Below, piece after piece: positions 58,506 through 64,000 of a stretch of DNA of 64,000 bases. The notes under the pieces were generated by a model, which was not told where the DNA came from, ran no database searches, and saw only the letters and a program-made list of their open reading frames with translations. A program made the position numbers and the translations under genes. The stretch covers positions 22,394,954 to 22,458,953 of the forward strand of contig CP154954.1 in the NCBI GenBank assembly GCA_039621445.1, given 5' to 3'. Position 1 is the first letter of the stretch; each line of letters opens with the position of its first letter. The stretch is from Euglena gracilis. Taxonomy: Eukaryota.

Positions 58506-59351
58506 CTGCAGAGGCAGAAAAGGGTGAGGCTTCCACCGTGTGCATCAGAATGGTGGAGATGGGTGTAAAGGAGTCTGGGCATTGCACAGATGGACACCGT
58601 CCCATCATTGCAATGACAAACGGTGAAAACATGGTGGGATGGCCCCCCAATGGCATTAAATTACAGGTTAGACATACCTTGCAATGTGCAGGGCCTCATT
58701 ATGCCGCTGGGCTTTTGAAAATGAATTCAATTGACTGCGATTCTGGCCAGTTAAATGAAGCACATTATGCATGGCGTGAAATATCATAAAGCAATAAAGA
58801 AAGATAATACCACACGCAGAAAAAGCTTGCGCTGGGGAAAAAAAGCTGTCACAAATAATCCCTCAATAATGCAGATGCAGAAATTTGTGAAAATACATTG
58901 TTTCAGAACGCCAGGGATGCACACTTATTAAGGACACACCAAAGGTCCTCGAAATGGGCGTTTTACAAGCTTTTTTCACTGGAAAAAAATTAGTCTATCT
59001 ATGGCAAAAAAGCAATCAACAGCTTCATTTTTTTTAAAAAAGTCTCTCCCGATGGATTTTTGGCCTAGGGGGGTCACTCATCAAAGCCATGATTTTGGCT
59101 GCTCTGGAGGTGCACAATCACTTGAGCACCAGATATGTGCACTGGTTGGGGGGGGGACGATTGCAAGTTAATCCAAACCAACGCCACAGAGGGGATAAAA
59201 CCTGGACAAAACTGATGTGCTTTGATGGGGAGGCCTTTTCACTGACAGCATGTAACAATATGACTGATATGGAGGAGTGGATGACACCACTGGGATCTCT
59301 CTCGTGTGTAAAAAAACAACACCGCATTTGCGCCAGTTTGAAGACAAACAC

Positions 59352-59491
59352 CTGGGGCTGCCATAGCGGCCGGAGTGGTGGTTCACTGTGTTAAACACAT
59401 TGTTTGCCGCCTGGCTGTGGGCCATCCGCACCACCACACGGCTGGCAACCGCACGCATCTGCTGGCCGTCCTGTGCGCCGGCGTGGATCGC
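59352..59491 (-). CDS. rbcX: RbcX presequence exon (transit-peptide-like)
   Basis: ttgcag|GCG ... AG|gtgttt, in phase. Confidence 0.72.
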
Positions 59492-59929
59492 CTGCAAGTC
59501 CCCATCTTTCAGAAATTTATTGGGTGTGTGGTTTGCCAAAATATTGCCAAAATATTGCAAAATTATTATTTTTTGGCCCAAAGCCTTTATATGGTTGGTG
59601 TAAAAAAAACCACCTGTCTGCCTGTTCATCCCTGCCTTTTCTGCTCATTTTCCCAAAAAATAAACATTTGTCCTGTGTTGAGAAAATGGGTGGCAAATTA
59701 ATGGTCTGTGTGGGCGTTTGTGTGTCTCTCCCGTTGCGGTGTGGGTGGATTTGAACGTGGTCGTGAGGTGGGGGCTGCACAGGGATGTATGGGAAACCCT
59801 ATGAAGGTCAGACTCCCCCTTCCTCGAAACCGACGAGGTTTTAAGATATTTTTTTTGGTTCGGGAAACGGCCGAGGGTGAAGACACCGGTGAACAATTGT
59901 TGAAAGAACCCTGAATTTTTCGAAGATAA

Positions 59930-61030
59930 TGTCAAAAATTTTCATTCTTCACCTTCACCACATTATGAACCAAAGAAAATACCCGAAATTCCCAAAATAC
60001 AAAAAGAAATCCTGAATTCAAAAAAAATGCACACAAAACTTTGTTCCAATATTTTTTTATACATTTTTCTAAATTTTATTGCATTTTATCACCGTTGCGT
60101 CATAAAAGTATGGGAATTCTCGAATGCTTCAGCACAAGACAAAAAAAAACAAACGGATCAATCTGAAAACATAAATCAATGAAAATTCAGCATTTGAAAA
60201 AATATTTTTTTTAACGTTCTTAAAAACAACAAAACAATACCAGAAATAAATTATTCTTGATAAAAATACTTGTGAGTAAAGAACTCAAAAGATATAAGAG
60301 ACAAGAGACCTTTGTAATTTTAATTGGTTTTTGAGGGGGGGGGGGATGAGATTTGTTGTGTCTTTTTTTGTATTCAGGAAGAACATTTATTTAAATTTTT
60401 TCAATTTTTTTTTAAGTATGCAGGAAAATAATTTTCTGCAGTTTGAATGTTTTATGAGACTAATAGGAGACAAAAAGACATTAACGGATATCAAAAATTA
60501 ATGATTTCAAATACCACAAATCCACCACAATTATTCTTTATTTTCCCTTAAAAAATTGAGAGGTGGGGAAAAAACAAAAAAAAGACTGCAAAAACAAAAA
60601 AAATCAATCGAAAATGGATTAGAAAAGAAAATGGTTTAGAGGCTTGAAGGATTGATGGAAAAGAGGATTGATGAGGGAAAAACACAAATTAAACATACAC
60701 AAATACTTTGAAATTCAAATTAAATTCTGAAGTCATGTAAAAAATTAATGTCAAGGAAAAAAATTCAAGCCTTCACATTTGTTTTCAGCAAACTACCGCC
60801 CCCAAGGAAACTCTGGGAGAACTCGCGAACAATTAAAAAAAAATGTTTTTGAAATGTGAATTTTTCTGAAAAAAATGAACCTTTCAGAAAAAACAAAAAA
60901 TGCAAAAAAAAGAAACATCAAGAAATGATCAAAAAGGTGAGAAATCACCAAAACATAAAAGTGCTGAAGAGTGCTAAAAAATATTAAAAAGAAAGCTAAA
61001 AATTCAAAAAAAATCCGCGAAAATGCAATT
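59930..61030. other. AT-rich low-complexity intronic tract
   Basis: Poly-A-rich, no credible ORF. Confidence 0.6.
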
Positions 61031-61214
61031 ATTTTCCACCTCCGGAACGAAGCGCCAGAAGGAAAATCTTGAAACTTTGGCTGGCAGCCAGGTTTGGGTC
61101 CTGGACCCCCTCCCAACATCTTGGGGTGGTCCAGACCCCCCCCACCACATTGACCCGCCCCTCCCCCACCACCTACCTCAACACCCGAGGTCGTCCCACA
61201 GGTCCCAGGGGCGA

Positions 61215-61346
61215 CATGACGTGACAGCATGACGCGACGGCATGGCGTGACGGCATGACGTGACGTGGTGGCATGACATGGCGGCATGCTGTGACGGCAT
61301 GACATGACGGCATGCCGTGATGTGGTTGCATGACATGCGGCATGAC
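61215..61346. repeat. Degenerate tandem repeat (gcatgacgtgacg-like)
   Basis: Directly visible. Confidence 0.85.
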
Positions 61347-61354
61347 GCAGGGGC

Positions 61355-61481
61355 CTCCGGCCGGTCCAAGCGGGGGCTTGGCCGCCACGCTGACGCAGCC
61401 GCAGCCCAAGGCGGCGCCGACCACGACGCCGCACCACAAGGCCGCGGCCCGCGGCCCCTGTGGGTCCGTCGCGGCGGGCAT
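61355..61481 (-). CDS. rbcX: RbcX first exon (signal peptide); 3' border tentative
   Basis: MPAATDPQGPRAAALWCGVVVGAALGCGCVSVAAK, with ccccag 5 nt upstream of the ATG. Confidence 0.65.
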
Positions 61482-61501
61482 TGGTGCTGGGGACGGGGGA
61501 G

Positions 61502-61783
61502 CAAAGATGGATATTGGATATCGGCCCAAATCGGCCTTATTGACGACCTTGAATTTATCGGGCCGAAAAAAATATTGTGAAATATTGGCTCTATTGGGGG
61601 GGACGTAGTTTTTGTTGTTGTTTTTTTCTGGGCGGCTTTGGGATTCTCCAAATCACAAAAATGAGGATATTGGGGCACAAAATGATCAAATCGGTTTATC
61701 GACTTTTATCGAGGATATCAGTGTGTCAATCTATCCAAATGTATCGGGACCCCCCCTAAACCCAATATCAATATCCATCCTTG
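61502..61783. mobile_element. MITE immediately upstream of rbcX
   Basis: TIR caaagatggatattg / caatatccatccttg, flanks cgggggag / gggggggg (6/8). Confidence 0.65.
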
Positions 61784-63035
61784 GGGGGGGGGACGGCTGA
61801 CGTCGCCCCTCCCCCCCGCTTCTTATGCGCCGGGCTGCACTGAAAGGGGGATTGAGTCACTCAGCGGTCAAAGGGGTATACTGGATTCATGCAGGTGACC
61901 CAGGGAAAGGGCAGTGCAGGAAAGCGGGGGTTCATATGCGTCGTCCCACGTCTGACATGTGGGGGTACAGTCGGCTGGCAGCTGGACCTGGATACCCTAA
62001 AAACAAGCAAATACGCCCAAATCCAGCAAGGTTGGACTTTTTCAGCCAAACTTTGGACATGAAAACCCAAAGCTTCAAAACCTCAAAAATGACACTTTTG
62101 TCATTTTACACCCTTTCCACCTATTTTTTTTCGGCGCTTTGCTGGGCTGATGCAAACTTTATTTCCACAGACCGGCTGGGAGATGTCTGTCTGGGCTGGG
62201 ATGGCTGTCCAGCTGGGAGACTGTCTGGAAGAAAGGTGCTGGCTGGCAGGACCCCCTGAGGGCAGCATCCCCTCGCCTTGAGAAAACACCTGCTCCTGAG
62301 ACCACCCTAATCACCCACCCCGGATTTGCCTTCCCCTGAAAGCAAACCCGCTAAAATTAAAAAGCAATTTTGCACTTGGGATGGTTTCTTTGGACAAAAA
62401 AAAACAATTTTGACTTCACACCCTTGCCCGTCCAGAGTGCTTTTGCCCTCAACTGAGTGGTGGTTGGCCCTTTAGCCCAAGCCCGCTGCGCAACCCACAG
62501 AAAGTGCCCAGGTGGGGCGTTGCAGGTCGAGTCAAGGGGGAGAGAGGCAGAGCTGTACACCGCATAACGTTCCTGGGCACTTGCAAAGCAGGTGCCCAAC
62601 AGAGACGGGGATTGAGCAGGGCTGTATGGGACGGTCTGGGGGGTTGGCTGTCCCATCCAGAGGAGGAGGGTCACTTCAAAAACCAGTCAGTCACTTCCTA
62701 CACCCCCTCACGGGGGGGGGGGGTTGGCCACTTTGGCTCCAACAAACTTTCCGGTGCCCTCGGCGCTGGGTGGCCACTTTTAGCCAATCCTGGCCAACCC
62801 CACCCCCGGGGGTGGGTTGGAGCCAAAAACCAAAACCAGTCAGTCATTCCAAAAATAACAACAACCAGTCAGTCACCCCCCGAGAGGGGGTGGGGTTGGA
62901 CACACCTCAAGCAATGGTGTGGGCCGGACCGGCGGAAGACACCGTTACTGTAAAATCGGTGCCCCTGCAAAACGGGAAGGGGGTGGTGGGGTCGGACCTC
63001 CACCACCACCACCTGTTGGTTTCCGGGATTCCCAT

Positions 63036-63102
63036 TCAGCCCTGGAGAAGGAGGAGGGGGACGGCGGGGACGTGAGGCTTTACGCGGGGCGGCTTTCCCG
63101 GC
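63036..63102 (-). CDS. Candidate last exon of host gene C
   Basis: Follows nonconventional-type intron 63103-63465 (gagCAGggtcgg...ccgccCTGcctcc). PGKPPRVKPHVPAVPLLLLQG*. Confidence 0.4.
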
Positions 63103-63465
63103 GGAGGCAGGGCGGCGCCACCCTGGCACTGCCACCCACCACGGAGGGTTTTATTTTTGCACCTCCCATCACACCATCAGCATAATGTCTCAACCTTGTG
63201 CATTTTCAACGCAACAACAGAATCTGATGTGCCACTGGGGGTGCACCGCCCTGCTTGGAGCCTTGGAGGCGTGGGCTTGCAGGGCAGGGACACAGACAGG
63301 GTGGAGGGAGCCCTGCCTGAACCTCATGGGTCTTCCTCTGATACGCCTATAGGCTGCCAACCAATTGGGGGGCACATTAGGAAATGCCCCCCAACAGGCC
63401 CTTGCTCCCCACCCCCGAAAAAGCCCCATCTGGGGGTGTGCTGGGCTTCTGCCCCGACCCTGCTC

Positions 63466-63679
63466 GCAATGATGCGGCTGTCCCATTCGGGGCGGGGGGT
63501 CTGGGGCGGGGACCGGAGGCGCGGCGTGCGGTCACCACCGCGCGGCGTGCGGTGGACGGCCGACGCTGCGGCAGCCGCGAGGGCGGCGGCCGCCAGCGCA
63601 GCGGTGGTGGCGGCGGCCACGACAGTGGGGACGTCGGGGTCGCCGGACGGGTGCAGGACGACGAAGGACCCCAGGAAAC
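63466..63679 (-). CDS. Exon of host gene C (Ala-rich, unknown function)
   Basis: High GC3 VLHPSGDPDVPTVVAAATTAALAAAAL...EWDSRII. Confidence 0.5.
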
Positions 63680-64000
63680 CTGGAGCAAAGGATGCGGGCT
63701 GGCTCACACCAGAGGCAGGCTGGCTGCCAGGCAACCTGTGCCCCCCCTCCTGTGCCTGCCTAGGCCCTGGGGGTGACAGGGATATGGCACAAAGCAGTCT
63801 CGGCAGGGAAGAGCCCTGTGCCACACGGTCACACGTGACATATGTGACATGGCTTGATGCGGGAAAAACGCCGGGCGAAACGTCACCAGACCAGGGCAGT
63901 GGTGGTGGCCAGAACGCCCCATTACGCCGGTTGCATCTTCTTTGACCTCTGTTCCTGCTTTCGTCGCAGTCGGTCGCCGCTGGTTGCCACAGCCAAAACA

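Noticed and set aside
1-64000. rRNA, tRNA, CRISPR arrays or prokaryotic operons
   Set aside because: None recognised. The tRNA-like matches are only short primer-binding sites.

Overview
Eukaryotic nuclear DNA, most likely from a photosynthetic euglenid. This is inferred from euglenid-type nonconventional introns (CAG at +4..+6, CTG at -8..-6, paired ends) and an rbcX gene with a signal peptide / transit peptide / stop-transfer presequence. Both ends of the window hold intron-rich host genes: a Pro-rich + strand gene at 0.2-4 kb that may end at 53.7-53.9 kb, rbcX on the - strand at 54.2-61.5 kb, and the 3' end of another - strand gene at about 63 kb. The middle (about 4.4-51 kb) is a nested, partly scrambled retroelement pile. 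It contains several DIRS1-type tyrosine-recombinase elements (RT-RNase H-MT plus YR, with ITR/ICR ends), chromodomain Ty3/Gypsy pieces, a non-autonomous LTR element and microsatellites. Two observations stand out. (1) hAT-like MITEs with CAG...CTG ends and perfect 8-bp TSDs have exactly the geometry of the nonconventional introns (3+5 = 8 nt), and one real intron retains a 7/8 TSD. (2) Two diverged Gypsy-type elements carry a Dam-like N6-adenine methyltransferase directly after the protease. All exon and element boundaries were read by eye and need transcript or alignment confirmation.
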